Source of the DNA: a bacterium | Lineage (GTDB): Bacteria > Zhuqueibacterota > Zhuqueibacteria > Residuimicrobiales > Krinioviventaceae | DNA length: 64,000 bases | Direction of reading: 5' to 3' | NCBI GenBank assembly: GCA_963675755.2 | Contig: CAXXMD010000003.1 | Span: forward strand, 3,136,001 to 3,200,000 | Shown: one piece after another, positions 54,059 through 63,314 of the stretch | Numbering within the stretch: position 1 is the stretch's first letter | How the letters are laid out: every line of letters starts with the position of its first letter | Notes under the pieces: generated by a model | Told to the model about the DNA's origin: nothing | Databases searched by the model: none | What the model saw: the letters and a program-made list of their open reading frames with translations, nothing else | Program-made: the position numbers and the translations under genes

Positions 54059-56789
54059 ATGATTATGAGAAAAATTTGTTTATTTTTTTTACTGCTAATG
54101 ATGTTTGGAAATGTATTTTCACAAACTCTCTACAGATCAATAACCAGACAACCATCATCAATCGAATGTATTCTAAAGTATTATCCACCAAATGGTGGTT
54201 GGACATCATATGATGGTGCTTCTTATCATATTGGTAATGTAACTTTTCCTAATGTTGATGATCCAGAGGAAGATGATATTTATCTATATAGGTCATACTT
54301 TGTATTTAACGTTAGTTCAATACCAGATAATGCTACAATTACTCAAGTTGAGGTGGTTTATTCAACAGGTGATAATGGTGATTATACCTTCAGACTTACA
54401 AATATTCCTTCCGTTGAAGGGATTCGGTCCGAAGATTGGGGGCCAATTGGTTCTAGTACTATCCTTGAAGATGAGCTGGATTATGGGAGTGATAGTTTTT
54501 ATTCGACAAATTTTAAGAATGCAGTGACTGTTGCTTTAGAGAGTAATAATCTAATCATTGGTGCTTTATCAGAAGATGAATGGACACATGGTTCATTGAC
54601 TACTTTAAGTTTAAGTTTGAATATTGATTATTCTTATCCTGCTGATGCGGTTGATATTATAGTAAAAAATGATCTATACGGTGCAACGGGCGGAAACGTT
54701 GGCGTAGCGATTTATCCGAATTCACTGGTTTCCCATTCCAGTCCCTATTCATTTACCGCTTATGAAGAAGATAGGTTGAATTTGGCAGCTTATGACAACC
54801 AAAGCGTTAGCGGTAAAACCTGGTTTTTTAATGATACGGAATATGGTGTAGAGAATAGTGTGTGGAGAAAATATTCAAACGGAAGTTATTCGACAATAGC
54901 TAATACTGCAAATCTAACAACTAATCAATTAACTACAAGTGATGATGACGCTAATTTTATTGCTTATTTGAAATCATCAACTTATACAACTAGTGGAACA
55001 TTGTCTTATGATGAAATTTGGTTTACTTCTTTTACTTTGGAGGACGATGTTTTTGTGCCTGATGGAAAAACACTCACTATTGCCAGTGGTACAAGCATCA
55101 CTCTTGATGATTGTTTTATAAAGTGTCAGGGGACAGGGCGAATTGTAAATAATGGAACAGTTTCATCAGGTATTTCTGTTAAAGATGGTTCAACAATAAA
55201 AGGTTATTATTATACTGTTGGTGACGCAATGACAAATGCGCTTACCGGGCAATCAGTGTATTTGTCTTTCAGGTAGTTATTCCGGTTGGATCAGCATGAG
55301 AAGTGGAATTGATGTTATAGGATCAGGATCAACAAGTACGTATGTTGGGCAGGTTGCCTTTAATAGTCAAACGAATTGTGAACTCAAAAACCTCAATACT
55401 TCTAATCTGGATATCTCTGGTGGCAACTCTACTACCAAAGTGACCAATGTTCGAACCAACTATCGAATTGAGCTCAATAATAGCAGCGCGTTTTTAAGCA
55501 ATGTAACGTTTTTACAAGGGGATTATTATCCTGGAATAGATGTTAATGATGGCAATCCTGTACTGTATAATATAACTTCAACAACCACCCGATCAAGTTC
55601 CGGAGACCCGGCTGTTTATCTTCATGGAGGAGCAAGTCCCAATATTTATGTTGGTTCAATCCGTAATAAGAATAGAGGTATTCAGATCGGTAGTTCCTGC
55701 TATGCAACAACAGATGCTGATTTTTGTTCAAATACCTGGGACATGTACGCCCTTAGTGGTGCCTGGGATTCTGATATAGATGGTTATTTCAGTGCTCAGG
55801 ACCCTGAGGATTGTTTATATTATCCAAGTGGTGATCTGGAAGATTATTATGAGATAGGAAGTTGGAATTACTGCGGTGCTGGTGTTGCGAAACATGAAAC
55901 TGGTGACAAGATCGAGTCAATGGTTGGTGGTAGTATAACAGATAAAGGATTAAAAGGGGCGTTCAAGGAGTATAACAATATCCGTAAAATTATGATAAAT
56001 GATGCCAAGACCGGAAACATGGACCCCAAATTATATGAGACAGAGTTTGAAGCATTGCTCACAACATTTGCGGATTACGCTCAAACCGGTGATGAGAAAA
56101 ACAGTCCACTTGCCTTAAAGTTATATCAGAATATCTGTTTTGATCTTGAAAAACCGGAACAGTTCTTGTCGTTACTGAATAAGGTAAAAACTGATAACAA
56201 GAGCGAAGCATTGGCCCCGCATCTCGCACATCTAACTATTTCGTATTACAGTTATTTAAATGATGTGAAAAGTGCCTTGATCGAGACAGAAATGTTTGGT
56301 AAGAATTTTCCAAAATCTGATCTGTTGGTAGAAGTTTTGTATAACAAGGGTGTATTGTACCGTTTTGGTTTAGAGGATTGCGACAACGCCGCTAAAGCCT
56401 ATTCGGAAGTGATTGAGCGTTTCCCTGACCACCCTACAGCTGAATCTGCAAGAGCATCACTTGAGCGTTTGGGTGTTTCGAAACCGGAAACGGAAGAGGA
56501 AAGTATTGAACCTATTAAATTAGCATTGGGTAACTTTCCTAATCCATTTAATCCAACCACAGAAATTCATTTTTCATTGCCAGAAACCGGCTTTGTAAGC
56601 ATCAAGGTTTTTGATGTAATGGGGCGTCTGGTTACAACGTTGGTAAGGGCAAATATGAACGCGGGCGCGCACCAGGTGATCTGGAACAGCCGGGACCAGT
56701 ATGGTAATACCGTAGCGTCTGGCATGTATTTTTATCGTATGCAATACCAGGACCAGACCCTAACTCAAAAAATGGTACTTATGAGGTAA
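54059..56789 (+). pseudogene. Large secreted protein (DNRLRE-like, beta-helix, TPR, FlgD-Ig) split by a +1 frameshift near 55267-55269
   Basis: ORF 54059-55276 has the signal peptide but no sorting domain; ORF 55236-56789 has the sorting domain but no signal peptide. Removing one T from TCTTTCAGG gives ...GQSVYLSSGSYSG.... Confidence 0.75.
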
Positions 56790-56820
56790 GTTATGAAAAG
56801 CAGGCAAAATAGCTTGAAAA

Positions 56821-56921
56821 TAAAAAAACCGGACAACCCTTTAGCGAGGAACGTTGCCCGGCACATCCAAAGGTAACAATGTTACCTAAAGCGAGGTCCG
56901 TTACTTTTTCAGTAGCGGGCC
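56821..56921 (-). ncRNA. Candidate ~100-nt small RNA
   Basis: Minus-strand TTGCTA-16-TATATT promoter (56928-56955), three hairpins, the last followed by a U7 run. Confidence 0.35.
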
Positions 56922-56978
56922 TTTTTTAATATAAAAATGTTTGCCTGAATAGCAAGGATTTTTCAATGTTTGTCAATC

Positions 56979-57004
56979 GGGCGGACGCACAGGTCTGCCC
57001 TTAC
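56979..57004 (-). repeat. Single GTAG-type REP-like palindrome
   Basis: Minus strand GTAAGGGCAGAC-CTGTGC-GTCCGCCC, just after the aldolase stop. Confidence 0.5.
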
Positions 57005-57018
57005 AAAAACGATTTAAA

Positions 57019-58305
57019 TTATTCCAGTTTAAAATGCTTGCGAATATCCTGTAGTTCATCTTCATTGATGGCAACCAGACCGCCCAGGCTCTTGGCATCG
57101 ATGAGGGAGCGGGCGCTGAATTCAGCCACTTCCAGCCGGTCAAAGGCTTCCAGCAGCGAGCTGCCAACAGTCAGAATGGCATCATGCTCCAGCAAAATAA
57201 CCGGGGTGCTCTTGTTGAGCATTTTTGAGATTTTGCCTTCCTGTGTAAACTGGTCTCCAAAGGGGATCTTTGGGATGTCCCGCAGCAAAATATAACTCTC
57301 TGGAATGGAGCGCGTATCAAAGTTGTCTTCAGTAATGCTGAATGCCATGGCATTTGGCGCCTGGGCTGAGATGATGGCATTGATCTCGGGATGATCGCGA
57401 TAGATGCGGTCGTGCAGCAGTACGGAGCGGCTGGGCAGTTTACCGCGCTCGCGCTTGCGATCGTTGATCAATACAATATCCTGAACGTCCAGCAAGCGTC
57501 TGTCAACACCGGTTGGGGTAATCACAAAACTGTTCTGATGCACACGTACCGAAACTACACCTTCTGTACTGTTCATGATCTGCTGATCATAAGCTCGGTG
57601 CACAATTTCGCAGATATGGCGTCTATAGGCTTTTTCTCGATTGCTGCGGTTTTCAGGATCAAACTCTACCAGGTAATGCTTGGACTGGTGAAACAGAGCA
57701 AGCTGGTCGTCTGTGAGCTCGCGATATTTTCCCAGAACGTTAGCGCGTATTGCCAGACGTGCGCAAAAATCAAGGGTCTCAAAACGGTGGAACGCTTCCA
57801 TAATGCTGCCGCCGCCGCAAACCACGCCGTGGTTTTCCATAATTATAGAGTCGTTACCGTCTTTGAAAGACTGGGCAATCAACTCTCCCAGCTTGTCGCT
57901 GCCGGGCAGGGCATAGGGAGCATAGCCAATGTTACCGCAAATATCATCCGCTTGCGGCAAAATGCGGGTTGAGGGCTTTTGCCGGGCAATGCTGAATGAT
58001 ACCAGCGCACTGGGGTGTGCATGCACAATACCACGGATATCGGGACGGTTATCATAAATCGCTTTGTGAAACGGAAACTCGGAAGAAGGTTTGTGAAGAC
58101 CCTTGATCTCGCCGTCCGCTTTAACGCGCACAATATCGTCCCATTCCAGCTTGCCTTTATCAACACCGGCGGGAGTAATCCAAATATCTCCATTTTCATC
58201 CCGAATCGAGAGGTTGCCGCCAGAAGTCGTTGTCATTCCATATCTGTATACACGCTGCATAAACAAAGTCAGCAGTTCTTTGGGGTGGGTTATATCGTAA
58301 TACAC
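57019..58305 (-). CDS. Class II aldolase/adducin family protein with two tandem domains
   Basis: SGGNLS..ITPAG..PSSEFPFH..VHAHP..ENHG in domain 1; EGVVS..ITPTG..PSRSVLLH in a degenerate domain 2. Confidence 0.88.
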   Translation of the reverse strand: MYYDITHPKELLTLFMQRVYRYGMTTTSGGNLSIRDENGDIWITPAGVDKGKLEWDDIVRVKADGEIKGLHKPSSEFPFHKAIYDNRPDIRGIVHAHPSALVSFSIARQKPSTRILPQADDICGNIGYAPYALPGSDKLGELIAQSFKDGNDSIIMENHGVVCGGGSIMEAFHRFETLDFCARLAIRANVLGKYRELTDDQLALFHQSKHYLVEFDPENRSNREKAYRRHICEIVHRAYDQQIMNSTEGVVSVRVHQNSFVITPTGVDRRLLDVQDIVLINDRKRERGKLPSRSVLLHDRIYRDHPEINAIISAQAPNAMAFSITEDNFDTRSIPESYILLRDIPKIPFGDQFTQEGKISKMLNKSTPVILLEHDAILTVGSSLLEAFDRLEVAEFSARSLIDAKSLGGLVAINEDELQDIRKHFKLE

Positions 58306-58430
58306 TGTGGTTCCTTTCCTTAAACGTTTTCGTAGAACTGTATAATGTACAATTTTTTCTAAAAAAATGCATGTTAATCTTTAATTGAACACACAGAATG
58401 ACAAAAATATTTTTATTTTTTTTAGAATTT

Positions 58431-58557
58431 ATGAAACAGATTTGAGAATTTTTTCACAAAGTGTTTCATTTGAAACATTTTGTTTCTTGTGCGATAAGTT
58501 ACTGTTTTTAAATGTTGTCCGCAAGTATGTTCCGTAATTTTGAAACACGCTGTTTCA
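58431..58557. promoter_or_regulatory. Candidate enhancer (bEBP) sites upstream of the cytochrome operon
   Basis: TGTTTCA-TT-TGAAACA (58462-58477), TGAAACA-CGC-TGTTTCA (58541-58557), and a half-site TGAAACA at 58432. Confidence 0.55.
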
Positions 58558-58597
58558 TGGTGTTTGTTTTGTTTGTTGTTTTTATTGGGTTTATGGC

Positions 58598-58613
58598 TGG
58601 TACGCTGTTTGCA
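58598..58613 (+). promoter_or_regulatory. Sigma-54 (-24/-12) promoter
   Basis: TGGTACG-CTGT-TTGCA, one mismatch from the consensus TGGCACG-N4-TTGCA, about 100 bp upstream of the start codon. Confidence 0.75.
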
Positions 58614-58714
58614 GTCGTGTTCCAAAAATCGGCAGATGCCGTTTAAAAGTTACAAGACTATGAAAAACAGTGGATTATATATCTGCTGAATTCACTAAAA
58701 ACCTGGAGTTTAAA

Positions 58715-60019
58715 GTGAAACAACACATTGCAGGATTTTTAATTTTACTGATGGGATTATTTGTACTGTTTTCCTGTACAAAGAAATATCCCGACCAAAC
58801 CCAGATGGATTTGGCAATTGGTGGAGATGGGTGTACCAGCTGTCATATGAATACCGATCTGTTAAAGGAGGTAGCTACCCCTCAGGAAGATACCGAGGGT
58901 GATGCGGGCGAAGGCTGAGGCGGGGAAGTGGCTCCGTTGGAGACATGGCAGATGGTTTCAATTAAAGAATCTTTTCTAAGTACCTCACATGGTAAACTGG
59001 GCTGTACAGCTTGTCACTTTGGTAATGCCAAAGCAAAGACAAAAGAAGAAGCCCACGTAGACGACTTTGTTGCAAGTCCCAGTATGCAGCCGGATGTATA
59101 TTGTGAAGGTTGTCATGCTGAAATTACCAATGATCATAATGGTAGTTTGCACAAAAATCTCGATGGATATTACAAACGTATTGAAAAGCGCCTGGGTTAT
59201 GATATTTCAGGTGATGAAATGATTGTTGGCGAATTCAATAAAGAATGCGGCAAGTGTCATGCTAGCTGCGGACAGTGTCACGTTTCCCGACCTGTATCCG
59301 TTAAAGGTGGTTTCCTGGATGGACACACCTTCCAGCGTGAACCGACCATGAAAGACAATTGTACAGCATGTCATGGCAGTCGTGTTGGCGCCGAATTCTT
59401 TGGTGAGAATGAAGGCATGAGAGCAGACGTTCATTGGATCCCCAATGTAAAACGTTGTGTTTTCTGTCACGATGGCAATTCTATGCATAGTTCAACGGAT
59501 GGTGCAACCCACCGCTATGAAGACCAGGATATGACCCGTTGTGAAGACTGCCATATGGATGACAAAGAAGCTAATGAATATCATCTTACGCACTGGAAAG
59601 ATGACGGCGGATTGTCATGCCAGGTTTGTCATTCTCAGGACTATAAGAACTGTAATAGCTGCCATACCGGTGGCGCGGGAATTACCGGCAGTTCGTATAT
59701 GGATTTCAAGATTGCCAAGAACCCGATCAAGACAGATTACCGGAACTATGATGTTGTAACGGTACGTCATATTCCAATTTCTCGTGATACCTATACAAGC
59801 TGGGGTATTACTGACTTGCCGAATTACAATGTTGAACCCACCTGGAAATATGCAACACCGCATAATATTCAGCGTTGGACAGCTCGTACAGATACAACCG
59901 GTAGTACAGCTTGTTATGAAAAGTGTCATAATTCAGATTATTACCTGACGCTTGAAGACTTGTTTGAAGAAGAAGTTGATGCAAACAAGGATTACGTATT
60001 AACACGAAATGATAACTAG
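58715..60019 (+). CDS. Multiheme c-type cytochrome lipoprotein, probable selenoprotein (UGA=Sec at codon 68); 10 CxxCH + 1 CxxxCH
   Basis: ORFs 58670-58918 and 58928-60019 share a frame and are separated only by TGA-GGC-GGG-GAA. GTG at 58715 has a GGAG RBS and lipobox LFSC. A SECIS-like hairpin follows the TGA. Confidence 0.85.
58928..58946 (+). promoter_or_regulatory. Putative bacterial SECIS element
   Basis: GUG-G-CUCC-[GUU]-GGAG-A-CAU hairpin. The apical loop starts with GU, 17 nt after the UGA. Confidence 0.65.
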
Positions 60020-60055
60020 AACAAATAACAAATAATACAAAATGGAGGAAACTCG

Positions 60056-61060
60056 ATGTTAAAGAGAACACTTTTATTGTTACTGGGTTTGTCACTGGTC
60101 TTGTTCCTGTTTGGTTGTAGCGATGATGATGACAGTCCTGCTGAAACCGAAACTGTAGATGAATTTAGTTTAATGACAGATGTTGGTGATGTATATTTTA
60201 CAGATTATACCACAACCGGTGGCAATGCTGTGAATGTTTCTATTTCTGCTGTATTCCCGATTTTGGCTGATGGCGATGCATCAAATGATCCATTGATCCT
60301 TGATTATCGTTCAGCTGCTGACTATGCAACCGGTCACTTGACAGGTGCTATCAATATTTCATTGGGAAGTTTGATGGATAAAATTGAAGATGGTACCATA
60401 ACCAAAGACAAGACCGTTTTGAACGTGTGTTATACCGGTCAAACCGCAAGTTTTGCTACCAGTATTTTGAATCTGTTGGGTTATGAAGCAGAAAACCTAC
60501 TTTATGGTATGTGTGGTGTTACTACAGATGCTTCTGTCAATGGTACTGACAAATGGAGCTCTCAGGTTGCATCTGATGAATTTGCAGCGCAATTGGTTGC
60601 TTCTGTCTCTACTACTACTACTGAATATGATTTTCCGTCAATTTCTACAAGCCAAACAACTGCAGAAGAAGTTATTACAGAACAATTTAAATCTGTAGGT
60701 GCAAGTGGTTGGACTATTTCTGCCGGAGATGTTTTTGCTAATCCTTCCGGTTATTTTGTCATCAATTACTGGCCACAGGCTGAATACGAAGCACCGGGTC
60801 ATATTCCGGGTGCATATTGTTTCCCACCCAAATCTTCTTTGCAGAAAGCAGAAATGTTGAAACTGCTGCCTACTGACAAAACAATCGTTGTATATTGCTA
60901 TACAGGTCAAACCTCTGCTCAGGTTACTGCTTATCTGCGTATGTTGGGTTATGACGCGAAAAGCTTGTTGTATGGTGTAAATGGTTTTGCTTATAATGCA
61001 TTAGCCGGCCATAAATACTCTGCACCAGCAGACGATTACTCAGCAATTATCGTAAAATAA
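60056..61060 (+). CDS. Tandem-rhodanese (sulfurtransferase) lipoprotein
   Basis: Lipobox LFGC; two domains, each with GHxxGA and an active-site loop (CYTGQTA at 60428, CYTGQTS at 60896). Confidence 0.9.
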   Translation: MLKRTLLLLLGLSLVLFLFGCSDDDDSPAETETVDEFSLMTDVGDVYFTDYTTTGGNAVNVSISAVFPILADGDASNDPLILDYRSAADYATGHLTGAINISLGSLMDKIEDGTITKDKTVLNVCYTGQTASFATSILNLLGYEAENLLYGMCGVTTDASVNGTDKWSSQVASDEFAAQLVASVSTTTTEYDFPSISTSQTTAEEVITEQFKSVGASGWTISAGDVFANPSGYFVINYWPQAEYEAPGHIPGAYCFPPKSSLQKAEMLKLLPTDKTIVVYCYTGQTSAQVTAYLRMLGYDAKSLLYGVNGFAYNALAGHKYSAPADDYSAIIVK

Positions 61061-61070
61061 ATCCTGCAAA

Positions 61071-61120
61071 AATCCGAGACTGTGAAATTTTTTACAGTCT
61101 CGGGTTGCTTTTTTGTTTTT
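61071..61120 (+). terminator. Intra-operon hairpin/terminator
   Basis: CCGAGACTGTGA...TTACAGTCTCGG followed by T-runs. Confidence 0.7.
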
Positions 61121-61181
61121 TATATATTATCATTCAGTATAATCAAATATGCGCGGTTCCAAATATATCGCGGGAAAAATT

Positions 61182-62360
61182 ATGAAAAAAATCATTCCAA
61201 TTCTGGTGCTGTTATCAAGTATGTGCCTGCAAGCACAGGGCCTGGTATTTCACGGAAAGGTCAGGAACTCTGTTTACAGTTACGAGAGTGATGAACAGCA
61301 TAATCGGGCTTATCAGTATTTGCGTTTCAGCCTTGCAACTGCTGATAAAAAGTTCCGTATCAATTCATCTGTACGTGCGCTTACAGATTTTAACGAAACC
61401 ATAGACAGCGATCTTCGTTTCAAAGCTTATGCGTTGAATCTTGAAGCCAACGATCTTTTAGGCCGGGTAGATTTAAAGCTGGGACGCCAGTTCTTACATC
61501 CTGGAACTGTTTTAGGCGCTCTCGATGGTCTGTCTGGCTCTGTCAAGATCAATAAAATGTTTTCTGTAGAGGGTTATGCCGGAACAGAATCACATTTTGA
61601 TCGTATTTTCAAGGTCTACGAGCTGGATGACAGTTTTGTTGCCGGTGGTTTGTTTAATGTTAAAAATCTGTATTCAACCAATCTGCAGCTTTTATATTTG
61701 CATAAATCCAATGTTGATACAACCTTGTTTCAACTCGCTGGTTTAAATGTCACCAATTATACTTTGGATAAAACGCATTTTAATGTTCAGGCGCATTATG
61801 ATATGCAAAATGAACGTATGCATCGCTTGATTGCTTCTGTTCGTCAGGAGTTGTTGGGCAATATGGCGGTTAACCTCAGGTATAAAAGCCAATATCCCCA
61901 GGTTTACACAAACTCGTTTTTTTCTATTTTTTCCCCCAAGGCTTATAAACAATATCATGCAGGGCTGAGTTACGAATTTTATAAAGATTATTATATCAGT
62001 ACGCAATACCAGCTGGTCCAGTTTGATGATGGTAACGCAAACAAGGTGTTTTTTACTGTAAATGGAATGAATGCCAGTGCCGGAGTTTTATATGAAAGCG
62101 GTTACGCAGGCGATCAATTATCTCTTATGTTTGATTATGCATATGAAGTGATTGAAAATCTCTATGCGTCAATTAATCTTGATTATTCGAAATACAGAAC
62201 AGAAGAATTGTATGAATATGATAATCAATTGGCAAACGCGTTGCGCTTGAATTATCGACTCAACAAGAACTGGATCATTGATTTGGAATATCAATGGTTG
62301 AATAACAAATTTACAGAAAATGATTCCCGTTTTCTGAATCATATTACGTATAGATGGTAA
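61182..62360 (+). CDS. Outer-membrane beta-barrel (porin-like) protein
   Basis: Signal peptide from ATG at 61182; alternating amphipathic strands; KLGRQ..DGL motif; C-terminal beta-signal HITYRW. Confidence 0.8.
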   Translation: MKKIIPILVLLSSMCLQAQGLVFHGKVRNSVYSYESDEQHNRAYQYLRFSLATADKKFRINSSVRALTDFNETIDSDLRFKAYALNLEANDLLGRVDLKLGRQFLHPGTVLGALDGLSGSVKINKMFSVEGYAGTESHFDRIFKVYELDDSFVAGGLFNVKNLYSTNLQLLYLHKSNVDTTLFQLAGLNVTNYTLDKTHFNVQAHYDMQNERMHRLIASVRQELLGNMAVNLRYKSQYPQVYTNSFFSIFSPKAYKQYHAGLSYEFYKDYYISTQYQLVQFDDGNANKVFFTVNGMNASAGVLYESGYAGDQLSLMFDYAYEVIENLYASINLDYSKYRTEELYEYDNQLANALRLNYRLNKNWIIDLEYQWLNNKFTENDSRFLNHITYRW

Positions 62361-62375
62361 TTGAAGGATTTTCCA

Positions 62376-63242
62376 ATGAAATATAAAATTGGTATTTTAG
62401 CATTATTCCTGTTGGTTTCTGTTTCTTTGGGACAGAATGTAGAACTGATCTTTTCACATCAGTTCCATGCTGTAGATGTTGAGGCCGAATGTTCTGCTTG
62501 TCACGTTGCGGCTGACACCAGTACAATGGCAATGCATAATCTGCTTCCTGATATGGAGACCTGTTATACCTGTCATGATGAAGATACGGATTGTACCGTA
62601 TGTCACAAAGACCCTGACAATGCTGTCCCGTATCCGCGTATTGAGCAATATATTGCCAAGTTTCCACACGCAACACATGTGGAAAATGAGGTTGCATGCG
62701 AAACATGCCATGCCGGTGTAGCAGCAAGCAGCAATATTCTTGACAGTCATTTGCCTGATATGGGTGCATGTATGAATTGTCATACTGAACTTGAACAGCC
62801 GGACTATTGTATTACCTGCCATGCAGAATCTGAAGATTTGATGCCAGCTGACCATAAACTGGACTGGACAAAATCGCATGGATTTGCAGCACAGGCTGAT
62901 CAGGAATGTTCAATTTGTCATACAGAAGACCAGTGTCTTGATTGTCACCAGGGTGACAACCTTGATCACAAAGTGCACCCGTTGAATTTTGTCAACAATC
63001 ATGCTATCTTTGCCAAGGGCAACAAGGACAACTGTTTGACCTGTCATGAAGAACTGCTGTCATGTGTCGATTGTCATCAACAGGAACTGGTAATGCCCGC
63101 AAACCATTCCAGTGCAGGATGGTCCAACTTTACAACCGGTGGCCGCCATGCACGTGAAGCCCTTCAGGATCTCGATTCCTGTGTTAGTTGTCATAATGAC
63201 GCTGTAGGTGATCCGGTTTGTTTGACCTGTCATCAACAATAA
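62376..63242 (+). CDS. Periplasmic 12-heme cytochrome c (c3/c7-like repeats)
   Basis: Signal peptide from ATG at 62376; 12 CxxCH motifs; FSHQFH and FPHATH distal His pairs. Confidence 0.92.
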   Translation: MKYKIGILALFLLVSVSLGQNVELIFSHQFHAVDVEAECSACHVAADTSTMAMHNLLPDMETCYTCHDEDTDCTVCHKDPDNAVPYPRIEQYIAKFPHATHVENEVACETCHAGVAASSNILDSHLPDMGACMNCHTELEQPDYCITCHAESEDLMPADHKLDWTKSHGFAAQADQECSICHTEDQCLDCHQGDNLDHKVHPLNFVNNHAIFAKGNKDNCLTCHEELLSCVDCHQQELVMPANHSSAGWSNFTTGGRHAREALQDLDSCVSCHNDAVGDPVCLTCHQQ

Positions 63243-63264
63243 TATTTGATTTAAATAGATTATT

Positions 63265-63299
63265 AAAGGTGCTGTAATTTTTTTACAGCACCTTTTTTT
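63265..63299. terminator. Intrinsic terminator closing the cytochrome operon
   Basis: AAAGGTGCTGTAA...TTACAGCACCTTT followed by a T-run, between convergent genes. Confidence 0.85.
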
Positions 63300-63314
63300 A
63301 TGTCGTTTGATGAA

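Noticed and set aside
55260-55276. Programmed +1 ribosomal frameshift
   Set aside because: No codon permits good tRNA re-pairing in the +1 frame and no stimulatory Shine-Dalgarno is evident. A simple indel is more parsimonious.
58916-58918. Genome-wide UGA reassignment (code 4/25) as the explanation for the in-frame TGA
   Set aside because: Several complete genes here end at TGA (for example the ECF gene at 41095, the anti-sigma at 14627 and the kinase at 18768), and long ORFs have no internal TGA. The readthrough is therefore site-specific.
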